NCBI GenBank assembly: GCA_964573135.1
Contig: CAZNIO010000005.1
Location: forward strand, 3,362 to 67,361
Reading direction: 5' to 3'
Length of the DNA: 64,000 nt
DNA from: an uncultured Gammaproteobacteria bacterium
GTDB taxonomy: Bacteria; Patescibacteriota; Patescibacteriia; UBA2196; GWA2-42-15
Shown: piece after piece, positions 40,120 to 50,007 of the stretch
Position numbering within the stretch: position 1 is the stretch's first letter
Layout of the letters: each line of letters begins with the position of its first letter
The notes under the pieces: generated by a model
Seen by the model: the letters and a program-made list of their open reading frames with translations, nothing else
Databases searched by the model: none
Told to the model about the DNA's origin: nothing
Position numbers and translations under genes: made by a program

Positions 40120-41094
40120 TTAATATGCTAATTTTCTATTTAAATCCGCAATAACATCAAATTCTTCTTTAGTTAAATATGGCTTACCCTCCTCTTTATA
40201 CTTATCAATAACGTCACTCACTGTCTTCCCTTCTGCCATACTAGTGGCTCCAAGCGTCAAATATACCCTATAAGTACCTGATTTTTTCCAGGCTTCAATA
40301 CCTTCTGCTTTTTTAGATACCGACTCATCCTCGAGTAAATTAATTTTCTGCAAAATTCTATCTGTCGCTTCATCTGGATTTTTTCCCATTTTGCGAAAAT
40401 ATTCAAGGGTCAATCCTTGTATTTCTTCAACTGCCCCTGTACTTTGATGTGAAAAAATATCTCTCTCTTCTTTATATAAATTCCGATGTTCATCATGTAC
40501 TACACTTTTCTTCTCCACTTTAGCCGGCTCTGCCTTTACTGGCAAAACCTGTTTTTTATCTTCTTCCACCAAAAGACCCTTTCCTCCACTCAAGATAGCT
40601 TCTTCAACTTTCCTTCTCTCAATCTCAATCAAGCTTATCACCTTACTTTGTGCTTCCTGATCTAACCCAACCCCACCAAGTTCAACAGCCTTAATCAATG
40701 CTTCCCTGGTATCAGCCAACCCTCGTACATTTCTAAATCTAGAAATAATAATATTACGTAAATTACGCGTTCTCATCTCCTCTCCATCAACCCCAGATTG
40801 TTCAACTATTTGGACTGCCAATTTCTCAATAAATTGAGAAATTGCCCGATTACCATCAACCACAGGTGCCTCAGTAATTTTCTTTACTTCTTCCTCGTCA
40901 TCAATCGAAAAATAAAAACCAGCTTGAGTGCTCCCAGGTTTAGTTATTTCCACTGGTGTATGAGGGATAATATCATCTTGGCGCACTATTACATCGTCTT
41001 CTTTTAAATCAATCAAATGATTATCCTTTAACAATTTAAAATCACCCTCACGGGTCTTAACTACAATTCCATTTTGTAAATCTTCTTTGAGCAT
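40120..41094 (-). CDS. Hypothetical cytoplasmic protein in the T4SS-like cluster
   Basis: 324-aa ORF with no TM, co-oriented, 5 nt upstream of prgI. Confidence 0.7.
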   Translation of the reverse strand: MLKEDLQNGIVVKTREGDFKLLKDNHLIDLKEDDVIVRQDDIIPHTPVEITKPGSTQAGFYFSIDDEEEVKKITEAPVVDGNRAISQFIEKLAVQIVEQSGVDGEEMRTRNLRNIIISRFRNVRGLADTREALIKAVELGGVGLDQEAQSKVISLIEIERRKVEEAILSGGKGLLVEEDKKQVLPVKAEPAKVEKKSVVHDEHRNLYKEERDIFSHQSTGAVEEIQGLTLEYFRKMGKNPDEATDRILQKINLLEDESVSKKAEGIEAWKKSGTYRVYLTLGATSMAEGKTVSDVIDKYKEEGKPYLTKEEFDVIADLNRKLAY

Positions 41095-41153
41095 AAATTA
41101 GCTAAATTAATTATACCAAATATCAACAATTCCGCCTAAATTCACCTGCTTTT

Positions 41154-42533
41154 CTATCCCAAAATTTCCCAATAACCACCTTTGGTTGGGCCAGTTCTTC
41201 TTAAAATGCCTTTTTGCTTGAGTTTTGAAATATTATTTTTAGTGTTTCTAAGATTGATATTAAGCAAACAAGACAACTTTTCCGCAGTGATTTGAGGATC
41301 TTTTTTCATCTCTTTTAATGCTACCCTTTCGTTTTTAGACAATAATTTTATGGTGTCTTTTATGGTGTCTTTTATGGTGTCTTTTATGGTGTCTTTTCCA
41401 AATTTTTTCAAATATGTTTTGTCAGATAAAGTTACATAAAAAGAATGTTCATAAAATTCAAAATTCGGCTTTGGTAATTTTGCCAAATCCATCGCATCGT
41501 TTATTCTTTTAATGCCAGTTCCTAATTTCTCAACAAATATCGTTTTAGATAAAAGCGAAGCAATAATAGGGTTTCTGGTCTTGCTTACTTTTCCGAATTC
41601 ATCAGCTTTCAACCACTTAACCAGTCCTCCTGGATTAAACGCAACCAATTTATTCTTATACACCTCCACCAGAATATCAGAAGATTTATCAAAATAATCT
41701 CTATGCATAATCGCATTAACAATCGCTTCTCTGTATGCTTGTTCTGGATACTGAGATATTTCTTTTCTTCGAGCTGTTTTTATTTCAAATTCCACTTTTA
41801 CTCTTCTCTTTACAAAATTGATTGCCTGCTTTATATTTTCCAGCAAGCCATCATCATATATCTTCCTATCAAGAATATTCACTTTTTCATTTGTCTGATA
41901 TTCAGCGCAAACAACTTTTGAAGTTAAAAAAAATTTAGACGGGTTTTTCGCAAAAAAAAGAATGCCGGTATTATTAAATTTTAATGCGCCATCTATTTTT
42001 TGGGCAACGCCTAAATTAATAAGTATTGACCTCCTATCAAGATTTTTTGTTATTCCTGCTTCTTTTAAATAAATATTTAATTTTTCTGCGTCAAAATCTT
42101 CAGGATACCTAAAATCATTATTAATCTGTTCATCAAACCTTATTTTTCCTTCGCCAATTGCAAAATCCAATATTTCATCCCTGGTCATTTTCTGTGAATT
42201 TGCGACCTGCCTTAAATAAAATCCAGACGAACATTTGTATGGCTTATCTTTTCCTTCATCAACTTTAATAATCAAAATATTTTCAAATTCTTCTAAAGCT
42301 ATTTTTATTGACGGGTCGCAATTTCTCGCGATGTCTTGAATTTGTGATCTCAACTTGTTGGCGACATTAACACCTTTTACTTTTCCTTTATCATCCACTC
42401 CCAAAAATATACTACCACCGTTAGAATTGGCAAAAGCAATAATTTCTTTATCAATACTGCCAGCGCTTTCCTTAAACTCTAATTTCAATCCTTCGCCTTG
42501 CTGTAAAATAAATTGTAGTTCTTTTTTTGTCAT
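41154..42533 (-). CDS. Schlafen/AlbA_2 + HATPase_c_4 + C-terminal HTH protein
   Basis: GEGLKLEFKES, AFANSNGG.IFLGVDD, REAIVNAIMHRDY, NPGGL, RNPIIA, EKLGTGI, terminal wHTH ending GPTKGGYW. Confidence 0.9.
   Translation of the reverse strand: MTKKELQFILQQGEGLKLEFKESAGSIDKEIIAFANSNGGSIFLGVDDKGKVKGVNVANKLRSQIQDIARNCDPSIKIALEEFENILIIKVDEGKDKPYKCSSGFYLRQVANSQKMTRDEILDFAIGEGKIRFDEQINNDFRYPEDFDAEKLNIYLKEAGITKNLDRRSILINLGVAQKIDGALKFNNTGILFFAKNPSKFFLTSKVVCAEYQTNEKVNILDRKIYDDGLLENIKQAINFVKRRVKVEFEIKTARRKEISQYPEQAYREAIVNAIMHRDYFDKSSDILVEVYKNKLVAFNPGGLVKWLKADEFGKVSKTRNPIIASLLSKTIFVEKLGTGIKRINDAMDLAKLPKPNFEFYEHSFYVTLSDKTYLKKFGKDTIKDTIKDTIKDTIKLLSKNERVALKEMKKDPQITAEKLSCLLNINLRNTKNNISKLKQKGILRRTGPTKGGYWEILG
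41346..41397. repeat. 12-bp tandem repeat x4 (TTTTATGGTGTC), encodes (KDTI)4
   Basis: Four perfect copies read directly, plus a partial TTTT. Confidence 0.95.
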
Positions 42534-42661
42534 ATATACTTTAAGACGGTTACAAAAATCTGTTTTCTACTACGAAACTGTCACCAAATACTATTATGAC
42601 TATAATTCCAAAAATTCAATCAAATTTTTCATCCCGTGGCCACAGGATCTACAAAAATTAT

Positions 42662-44065
42662 TTAATAATTCCACTTAAACCTCCCTGTCTCTAAATCACC
42701 ATAAGCCAAACTCTCATATTCCATCTCTCCTGCCTTTCTAGCTAAATTAGCCATTGATACTCCCACAAGAACTGCATCTTCTTTCGTCATATTTAAACGT
42801 TTTTCTAAAATATACTGTAAAAACATAGCCACATATTTAACCGCGGCCACATCCTTTATAAATTCCTCTGCGTTTAAACCTTGTTTTTTTAAATATTCAC
42901 TCCAAAACTTCTTAAATCTATCATCTCTCTCAAAAACTTCTCTGATTTGCCTATTTTCTGCCAGAATAAACAAAGCGCCTAAAACTGCCTCTATTTGTCC
43001 CTCATTAATTGCATGATAAAATACATTTTTCAAATTCCCCACATCTCCTTTAGTATCTTTATTAATTGATTCTCCTTGAGTAAAAGCTCTAACAACCATT
43101 GGATTTACCAAAAACCCGCTAAAAGCGCTTTGCAACCTGGCTTGCGAAGAGATAGCTTGTGGTTTTTCTTTAATTAATTCCTCGTTTTGGCTAACAGGGC
43201 TCAAAACGTCTTTTTTTGTTACAGGCATTTTCTGATCAACTCCAATCGATGACTTTTTTCTGGGAACTAAAGTTTCTGGGATATCATCGATTAATCCTTT
43301 CTCTTTCATTTTCTTCAACGCATCTATAATTCTTGGATCAATAAAATCAAAGTGACCCTGTCTTAAAATAGCCAGCTTACCATTCACTGTCGTTATAACG
43401 GGATCCTCAAGCCCCGCTGGTTCAAAAGATGATAATTTAAGCCTTTCATATATTTTTACAAGATAGCCAATCTTTTTACGATCATTAATATTAAGAAGCT
43501 TAATATTAATGCCATTAATTAAATATTCCTCACTTTTAAGCTTATCAACCCTTCCTGTTCCCAAGGTTCGGTTATAATCCTGTAACCAATTACCAACTGT
43601 TCCTTTATATTTCTTACTACCAACTTCCAAATCAATTTCAGTAATCCTCTGCGTATTATCAAGCAGTGCTTTGCGTAATGCTGCTTTCAACTTATCTCTT
43701 TCTTCAAAAATAAGGATACTTTGTAATTTTGCAAATACCTTATCCATTATATCTATGTTCTCAGGTAACTCATAAACATATACAAAATTTTCCTTAAACA
43801 AATTAACAATATCTTCATGTGAACGCAGGGGCAAAGATATTAATTTATTCAATTTAATTAACTTTTCATATCTCTTATAACCGTCAGCCCCTAAAACACC
43901 AATCAACTCCACCCTATTTCGATAAATAACCGCACCAATTTTTTTAACAAACCAATCAGCATCCTCAGCGTTATCAAAAAACGCCACATTTTCTTTAAAA
44001 TGCTTTTCATATAACTCAAGTAGTTTCACATTCTTCAAATCTTCTAATGTAGTTTCACTTGCCAT
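42662..44065 (-). CDS. Hypothetical cytoplasmic protein in the T4SS-like cluster
   Basis: 467-aa ORF with no signal peptide, 13 nt downstream of the VirB6-like gene. Confidence 0.7.
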   Translation of the reverse strand: MASETTLEDLKNVKLLELYEKHFKENVAFFDNAEDADWFVKKIGAVIYRNRVELIGVLGADGYKRYEKLIKLNKLISLPLRSHEDIVNLFKENFVYVYELPENIDIMDKVFAKLQSILIFEERDKLKAALRKALLDNTQRITEIDLEVGSKKYKGTVGNWLQDYNRTLGTGRVDKLKSEEYLINGINIKLLNINDRKKIGYLVKIYERLKLSSFEPAGLEDPVITTVNGKLAILRQGHFDFIDPRIIDALKKMKEKGLIDDIPETLVPRKKSSIGVDQKMPVTKKDVLSPVSQNEELIKEKPQAISSQARLQSAFSGFLVNPMVVRAFTQGESINKDTKGDVGNLKNVFYHAINEGQIEAVLGALFILAENRQIREVFERDDRFKKFWSEYLKKQGLNAEEFIKDVAAVKYVAMFLQYILEKRLNMTKEDAVLVGVSMANLARKAGEMEYESLAYGDLETGRFKWNY

Positions 44066-44078
44066 AATTTATCTTAAA

Positions 44079-47000
44079 TTATATATGTTTCATAAACTCA
44101 GCCTTATCTTTCAAGGACGAATAATTAGCATAAACGCCTCTTTGTCTGAACCCTTTTGCCATAGACCCTAAAATTTCTGACATTTTCATACCTTGATATT
44201 TAGATCCAACCCCACGCGCAGTAATCAACCCTTGCTCTTCAAGTTTTTTTATCTCTCCCAACTGCTCCATAGCAATTTTTTGAAAAGCACTGCCATTAAA
44301 CTCACCCCTCTCAAAACGGTTCATCAAATCGTCTTGCGTGCCTATTAACATCAATTTTCCTGATAATGCCAACTCATAATCACCGCCAGCTGTCTCTCCG
44401 CCGTACCCCAATCTATTAGTATTTTGCAAAAATGCACGAGAAGGTTGTTTTAATACCTCATTAGCCACTGCAGCCGCATGTTCTTCTTCCTTCATCCACT
44501 TTGGCATACCTTTTTCAAAAGTTATTAACCGACTTGTCTCAGTATGACCCCTCGATTCATTAATATAGGCAATTTCATTCATTAACCCCAAAGCCTGATT
44601 CTTCGTCATGCCGGCTTTGCCCTCAAGTATTTCGTTAGAAAAACTTTGCATGCCTTTAGCATTACTGGTATATCCACTATGATTTAAAAATTCATTATCA
44701 TTATAATCTTGAGCTGCTTTTTTCAACAAAACTGCCAATCTTGGCCTATCCCTATTTTTGACAGCATCGTCAATCAGTGAATTCAACTCTTCTGCTTCCA
44801 TAGAATCCTTAGGTAAATTCTGCAACTCCTCACTCTCAAGCAAACGATAGGCGTTATCAGCCTGCAAGGTTCGAGGAATATTGGATACTTCGGCTAAAAT
44901 AGACTTTTTAATCCCCGTCAATTTCTTAGATTCTTCTTTGACGTCATCTTTTGTTTTTATGTCTTGGCCACCGATTCCTTTCATGTTCCCGTTAGCAAAA
45001 ACAACGGCTCCCTGCATTTCCCAAATATTTTTCTGCATCTTCCTAGCTTCCCCTGATATTTTTCCCTCCTCGTTTTTAACTGATTTTTTATTTACCTTAA
45101 GCTCTTCCTTAGACAACTTAGCAATCCACTCTCCCTTGCTATCTTTACGCGCCATTTTTTTCTGTTCTTTCAATTTTTCAGCAAGCTCATATCCAACGTT
45201 CTCCCTTTCTCCCTCTTTTCCTTCTTTTCTCAACTTTTTCATCTCTTGTTTCAGCGCGCCCATCTCCTCTTCCAATTCAGTTGCTCTACCTATTTTAACT
45301 TCCTTTTGATTAGCCGTTAATCCCCCTTTTTCAACTTCTTCTAATTCTTTCTTCTTTTCACTAACCTTCTCATTTAAACTATCAATACCCCTTTTTTTCA
45401 ATTCACTTTCATCTTTTTGATTTATACGAGCCTTTTGTCTTTCTTGCCAATCTTCATCTCTATCAACCTGCATCTTTGCAATATCCTTCTTAACTATGCT
45501 ATTAAAATCCCTTATCTCAGTAATTGGTTTACCATCATCACCTGTTGTTGTAATTAGCGCAATACCATTTTTTTTATTAGCATAATCATCAGCTATTTTA
45601 TCGCGAACCATATCTTTCTTTTTCTGTTTATCTTCCGTACTATCTCCCAATGCCGCATATTGAACAGTGTTTTCCAATTCCTTTGCATATGCCGATCTTA
45701 ATCTACTATAAGCTGGGTCATCTTCATCCATGTCTCCCTGCACGATATCGCCCTTTTCGTCAATCAAAATTACTCGCCCCTGTCCTCCCGTAATCTGCCG
45801 CTCATTATAGTTGGTCCTGTTCTCTTTTTCTTGTTTAAAAAGCGCATCCTTGCCTTCTTCAACCGCATCTATATGCTTTGCCCCAGCTTGATAATTCAAA
45901 AGCTCATCCATTCCCATATCCTCAAGCTTCTCATCAGCTTTATCCTGCGCCTTTGTTCCATATTTTTCAGCTCCAGACCAAGTTCTCATCATCTTTAATT
46001 TACCTCTAAGCCCACCATAGTATTTATCATAATCGTCTTGATCTCCTTGTCGCATATACGTCATTCCTAACCTGCCCCAACCCTCTCTGTAAAGTGCTTG
46101 ACTCACATCTCCTGCTTTTTTCTGTCCCTCAATCTCATCCATTGCTTTATTTTTTTCTTTAATAGCTTTTCTCTTGCGATGTTTCCTCATTGGATTAAGC
46201 GCACTAAAACCAGTTGTTTTATACAGTTTTCGTTCCCCATAAGCTGCCAACTGAAATGGTTTTTTAGCTGTCCATTTGGCGGCAGACACAAGTCCTCTCT
46301 GCGCCACATCTTTAACCTTGGTTACTGCGTTCATGCCAATATTTCCACCCATCACCCCCATTTGTTGAGTGATTAATAACGAGGCTATAAGAAGAGCAAT
46401 CGTTGTCATATAGTCAAACATCCTCTGAGGACTCGAAATTTTCGATGCCAAATACTCAACATATTTAGCCCTGTCAACATGACCTTCCGGTTTTTGCCGA
46501 TATAGCTCTATAACATGACTTTTATCTTCCTCTCCAATCTGCTGCAATATTCCAAAAGAAAGCCACAGGAAAAAAGCCAGAATAGGGCCAACTATTATAT
46601 ATTTTGTTAAATACGACCAATACTGACCAAACATTCCAATTTTGTCCAAAGGCCCATTTGGCATGGCTGAAGCAATGAAAACAATAGGGGAGAAAATAAG
46701 TAAAATCCATAACATTATAATCCTAGCCAAAAGAACAGCAATCATCGTCAAAATAACCAAAGCCGCAATCAAAAGCATAATAAATGCCAATATAACAGAG
46801 CCAGCAATAGCATAATGATCTATCTCCTGATCAGTTTTACCTATAACATCACGAAGCTGTAACATTTGTTCTACCCCAAGGGCATTAAGAAATCCTCCAG
46901 CTGCCCCATCGGCCCAGGCATTTACAAAGGTCATCATAACCGTTTGACCCAAATCAATGAATAACCCAACAATCATCTTAGAAAAATTGACCAAAACAGC

Positions 47001-47435
47001 CGCTATTATAAGCTTAGGTAAAAGTTTTTTATACTGATAAGTCTCAATATTAAATAAAGTCCCAAAGGCAATTAAAAGAATTATTACTATAAAAAACATA
47101 TTAGCAAGATCTCGCACCATCACCCAACCCAAAGCCACAGCCCGTGAATCAACAAAATTATTAAACTCAAGCACTCCAATCACCACGCTAATAAAAAGAG
47201 TTAACAGTTTACCAACTACGCTTATAAAAAAAGCAAACAAATCTGCCAAAAGCTTAGCCAGTCTCTGCCCCGGCAAATTGCCACCTTGCGGCTCCGTCAT
47301 GGTAGCTGTACCTCCGGTAGCTGTACCTTGCCCTAAAGCAGTATCAGCAAAAACGCCAAAAACAACCATTATGACTAATAATAGCAAGCCAGTGACAATA
47401 AATAGTTTTCTTTTTTGATTAATTTTTCTAAACAT
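44079..47435 (-). CDS. Extended VirB6/TrbL-like polytopic protein with a long charged C-terminal tail
   Basis: GWVMVRDLANMFFI, LVNFSK, RIIMLWILLIFSP, GPILAFFLWL TM core (~370 aa) then ~750 aa K/E-rich coiled-coil-like tail. Confidence 0.78.
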   Translation of the reverse strand: MFRKINQKRKLFIVTGLLLLVIMVVFGVFADTALGQGTATGGTATMTEPQGGNLPGQRLAKLLADLFAFFISVVGKLLTLFISVVIGVLEFNNFVDSRAVALGWVMVRDLANMFFIVIILLIAFGTLFNIETYQYKKLLPKLIIAAVLVNFSKMIVGLFIDLGQTVMMTFVNAWADGAAGGFLNALGVEQMLQLRDVIGKTDQEIDHYAIAGSVILAFIMLLIAALVILTMIAVLLARIIMLWILLIFSPIVFIASAMPNGPLDKIGMFGQYWSYLTKYIIVGPILAFFLWLSFGILQQIGEEDKSHVIELYRQKPEGHVDRAKYVEYLASKISSPQRMFDYMTTIALLIASLLITQQMGVMGGNIGMNAVTKVKDVAQRGLVSAAKWTAKKPFQLAAYGERKLYKTTGFSALNPMRKHRKRKAIKEKNKAMDEIEGQKKAGDVSQALYREGWGRLGMTYMRQGDQDDYDKYYGGLRGKLKMMRTWSGAEKYGTKAQDKADEKLEDMGMDELLNYQAGAKHIDAVEEGKDALFKQEKENRTNYNERQITGGQGRVILIDEKGDIVQGDMDEDDPAYSRLRSAYAKELENTVQYAALGDSTEDKQKKKDMVRDKIADDYANKKNGIALITTTGDDGKPITEIRDFNSIVKKDIAKMQVDRDEDWQERQKARINQKDESELKKRGIDSLNEKVSEKKKELEEVEKGGLTANQKEVKIGRATELEEEMGALKQEMKKLRKEGKEGERENVGYELAEKLKEQKKMARKDSKGEWIAKLSKEELKVNKKSVKNEEGKISGEARKMQKNIWEMQGAVVFANGNMKGIGGQDIKTKDDVKEESKKLTGIKKSILAEVSNIPRTLQADNAYRLLESEELQNLPKDSMEAEELNSLIDDAVKNRDRPRLAVLLKKAAQDYNDNEFLNHSGYTSNAKGMQSFSNEILEGKAGMTKNQALGLMNEIAYINESRGHTETSRLITFEKGMPKWMKEEEHAAAVANEVLKQPSRAFLQNTNRLGYGGETAGGDYELALSGKLMLIGTQDDLMNRFERGEFNGSAFQKIAMEQLGEIKKLEEQGLITARGVGSKYQGMKMSEILGSMAKGFRQRGVYANYSSLKDKAEFMKHI

Positions 47436-47437
47436 AA

Positions 47438-47767
47438 TTATAAATCGGAACAAATACTTAATGGTCCATCTCCCCCAAAAAGAGAGTAAACAGAGCTAAT
47501 AGCCTGGACTGATGGAAGATAGCATGCTCCATAGGCAAGAAATACAATAAAAGCAACTAAAACCCCCACACCAAATAATACCAAAGCATAAGCTAATATT
47601 AAAACCAATCCCTTATTTTCTTTCCCTAATTTAGCCCAAGAAAAAATATTAGTTCCACCAGATAAAGCAATCCCAGCAACCGCCTTAGCTGTCTCTTTCT
47701 TTTTTTTTATACTAGCATTTTTTTTCTTATTTTGATTATCATTTTTCGGCATAAAATTATTACTCAT
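47438..47767 (-). CDS. Small membrane protein
   Basis: Basic N-terminus, hydrophobic segments, two C-terminal Cys; tightly packed between the pilin genes and VirB6. Start uncertain. Confidence 0.6.
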   Translation of the reverse strand: MSNNFMPKNDNQNKKKNASIKKKKETAKAVAGIALSGGTNIFSWAKLGKENKGLVLILAYALVLFGVGVLVAFIVFLAYGACYLPSVQAISSVYSLFGGDGPLSICSDL

Positions 47768-48782
47768 ATTCTTTACATTTATTCATTAATTGACCAACAA
47801 GTATCAGCTTACTAGCAGCAGCCTTCCAGCCAGAGGTTGCTTCGTTGGCTGTCATAAACCAATTAATTCTCAGCTCATTACTTTCATCCACAGATATAGT
47901 ACAATGCTCATCTTTACCACAAAGGTTGCCTAAATAATAATTCCATTTAAGTGGAAAACTCAAAAATTTAGACTGAACATATAAAAAACCACATCCTTTC
48001 ATATTAGTATTACTATAATCAATAGACCAAGTATTTGTACCAAATCCAAATCCAACATTATCCTTAAAGGTTAATTCAGATACCTTTTGGACTGACTCTG
48101 GGTCATCTTTAGTCATATAGCAAATATCTTTTGAAACACCAAGCCCCATACAAAACTGATCTTCTTTCTTCGGCTCTGTTTGTTCTAACAACATATATAA
48201 ATTGCCACACTCAGGGACTTCACCTTCGTCTAAATCTGGAATTAATTTTTGACTTTTTTTACAAATTCCAATAACATTTTTATTATCCTTAAGCGTAATA
48301 CTAGCTGGCTGCAACTTCAATTCAGTCAAAGCCGGATTAATCCATGATAATATACTATACGATCCAAGTGCTAATACTAATCCCATTATAGCTGATATTA
48401 TAGTAGTTTTAGCTCCTGCTATCTTTTGAGCGTTACCAGCTGCAAGCAACCATTTAAAACCTCCCAGCATTATCATAACTACTGCTAACAATCCGACAAC
48501 ACCGATAAACAAATTATATATACCTCTTATGTATTGAGGGAAGCCTGCTACGCAATGACGGGTACCAGTCTTATTTTGCTCAAGAGTATGTTTATCTAAA
48601 TTATACACCGAATATGTATATGTACAATCATGTGTTGCTCCAGGTATGCCAATCTGTAGTTCAATAGGAAAAGTCTCAGGGCACTTGTCCTGACATGTTC
48701 GCGCCATTACATCCATCCCGACAATAAACACTCCCACTAAAACAATATTTAAAATCAATAATTTATAAAAAATTAATTTCAT
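47760..48782 (-). CDS. VirB2/TrbC-like pilin-domain protein with Cys-rich C-terminal domain, copy 2
   Basis: YIRGIYNLFIGVVGLLAVVMIMLGGFKWLLAAGNAQKIAGAKTTIISAIMGLVLALGSYSILSWINP pilin hairpin. Start taken at MKLIFYK (48782). Confidence 0.8.
   Translation of the reverse strand: MKLIFYKLLILNIVLVGVFIVGMDVMARTCQDKCPETFPIELQIGIPGATHDCTYTYSVYNLDKHTLEQNKTGTRHCVAGFPQYIRGIYNLFIGVVGLLAVVMIMLGGFKWLLAAGNAQKIAGAKTTIISAIMGLVLALGSYSILSWINPALTELKLQPASITLKDNKNVIGICKKSQKLIPDLDEGEVPECGNLYMLLEQTEPKKEDQFCMGLGVSKDICYMTKDDPESVQKVSELTFKDNVGFGFGTNTWSIDYSNTNMKGCGFLYVQSKFLSFPLKWNYYLGNLCGKDEHCTISVDESNELRINWFMTANEATSGWKAAASKLILVGQLMNKCKEYE
48150..48558. repeat. 409-bp direct repeat, copy A (48290-48558 appears identical to 49381-49649)
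   Basis: Manual alignment at offset 1091; mismatches confined to the first ~140 bp. Confidence 0.92.
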
Positions 48783-48862
48783 ATTTTTATGTCTTCGACC
48801 CAGGCAATAACTCCTCATTCCGACTAATTTTAATAATATAAATTTCATTAGCTAACTTCGTC

Positions 48863-49921
48863 TTATTGACAGTCCTCTGCTCCACTAAACATAGCAACAT
48901 TAACCCACCCCCTTAACTCGCTCGGCCAATTACTCCTGCCATAATGCCAATGAATCTTATGTTTTGACATATCAACAGCACAATACTTGCCCGTCGGACA
49001 CCTCTCACTAATTGCTGATCCAGTTCTCTCGCCATCGTCATTAATAAAAAAATACATATCCCCACATTTAGAATCTGGAATTGGATCCGTGCCTCCCAAC
49101 TCTCTGGCTATAACACTGTAAGGAACAGCGAGCCCACCAATAGCAGCAATATTGAGTGTCCGTACGGGGGTAACAGTACCGTTTTTATCACGAAAACATA
49201 TATAGGGTGACATTGAATTAAACGGCGGTTTATATCCCTCACAAAACTGATCTTCTTTCTTAGGCTCTGTTTGTTCTAATAACATATATAACTTGCCACA
49301 CTCAGGGACTTCACCTTCGTCTAAATCTGGAATTAATTTTTGATTTTTTTTACAAAAACCAATAACATTTTGACTGCCCGTAAGCGTAATACTAGCTGGC
49401 TGCAACTTCAATTCAGTCAAAGCCGGATTAATCCATGATAATATACTATACGATCCAAGTGCTAATACTAATCCCATTATAGCTGATATTATAGTAGTTT
49501 TAGCTCCTGCTATCTTTTGAGCGTTACCAGCTGCAAGCAACCATTTAAAACCTCCCAGCATTATCATAACTACTGCTAACAATCCGACAACACCGATAAA
49601 CAAATTATATATACCTCTTATGTATTGAGGGAAGCCTGCTACGCAATGAGTCGTAACCGTCTTAACATCCATACCAGCCTTAGGCTTTTTATCAAAATTA
49701 TAATAATCAGCCAAACAACTGTAAGATGTAGATACTCCGGGTATACCAATTTGTAATTTTATCGGAGTAGGATCAAGGCAAGCTTTTGGCTTATTATTTA
49801 CACATTTACTCACTGCCAAAGCGTTATTTACCGAAAACGCACCAAAACCGACAAATACAATAATAGTTAAAAATAATGCCAATAGAATACGCACACTTAC
49901 TCTTTTCTTAACAATCTTCAT
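48863..49921 (-). CDS. VirB2/TrbC-like pilin-domain protein with Cys-rich C-terminal domain, copy 1
   Basis: Signal peptide ending ALA, same pilin hairpin as copy 2, different N- and C-terminal domains. Confidence 0.8.
   Translation of the reverse strand: MKIVKKRVSVRILLALFLTIIVFVGFGAFSVNNALAVSKCVNNKPKACLDPTPIKLQIGIPGVSTSYSCLADYYNFDKKPKAGMDVKTVTTHCVAGFPQYIRGIYNLFIGVVGLLAVVMIMLGGFKWLLAAGNAQKIAGAKTTIISAIMGLVLALGSYSILSWINPALTELKLQPASITLTGSQNVIGFCKKNQKLIPDLDEGEVPECGKLYMLLEQTEPKKEDQFCEGYKPPFNSMSPYICFRDKNGTVTPVRTLNIAAIGGLAVPYSVIARELGGTDPIPDSKCGDMYFFINDDGERTGSAISERCPTGKYCAVDMSKHKIHWHYGRSNWPSELRGWVNVAMFSGAEDCQ
49241..49649. repeat. 409-bp direct repeat, copy B
   Basis: Manual alignment to 48150-48558. 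Confidence 0.92.
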
Positions 49922-50007
49922 GAATATATAATAATTCGTTGATAATAAAATTTATTTATCCTACCTCTTGCCAAAGCCGATAAGGCCATTCAAATAATCC
50001 CTCTGTT

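Noticed and set aside
41346-41397. CRISPR-like repeat
   Set aside because: 12-bp head-to-tail repeats with no spacers, in frame within a CDS; no CRISPR array or cas genes were seen anywhere in the window.
41154-42533. Second RecG helicase
   Set aside because: The family is often mislabelled RecG, but it has no SF2 helicase motifs; the true recG is at 32250-34340.
48150-49649. Pilin repeat pair as a diversity-generating retroelement TR/VR
   Set aside because: Mismatches are not adenine-specific in either copy, both copies are coding, and no reverse transcriptase is present in the window.
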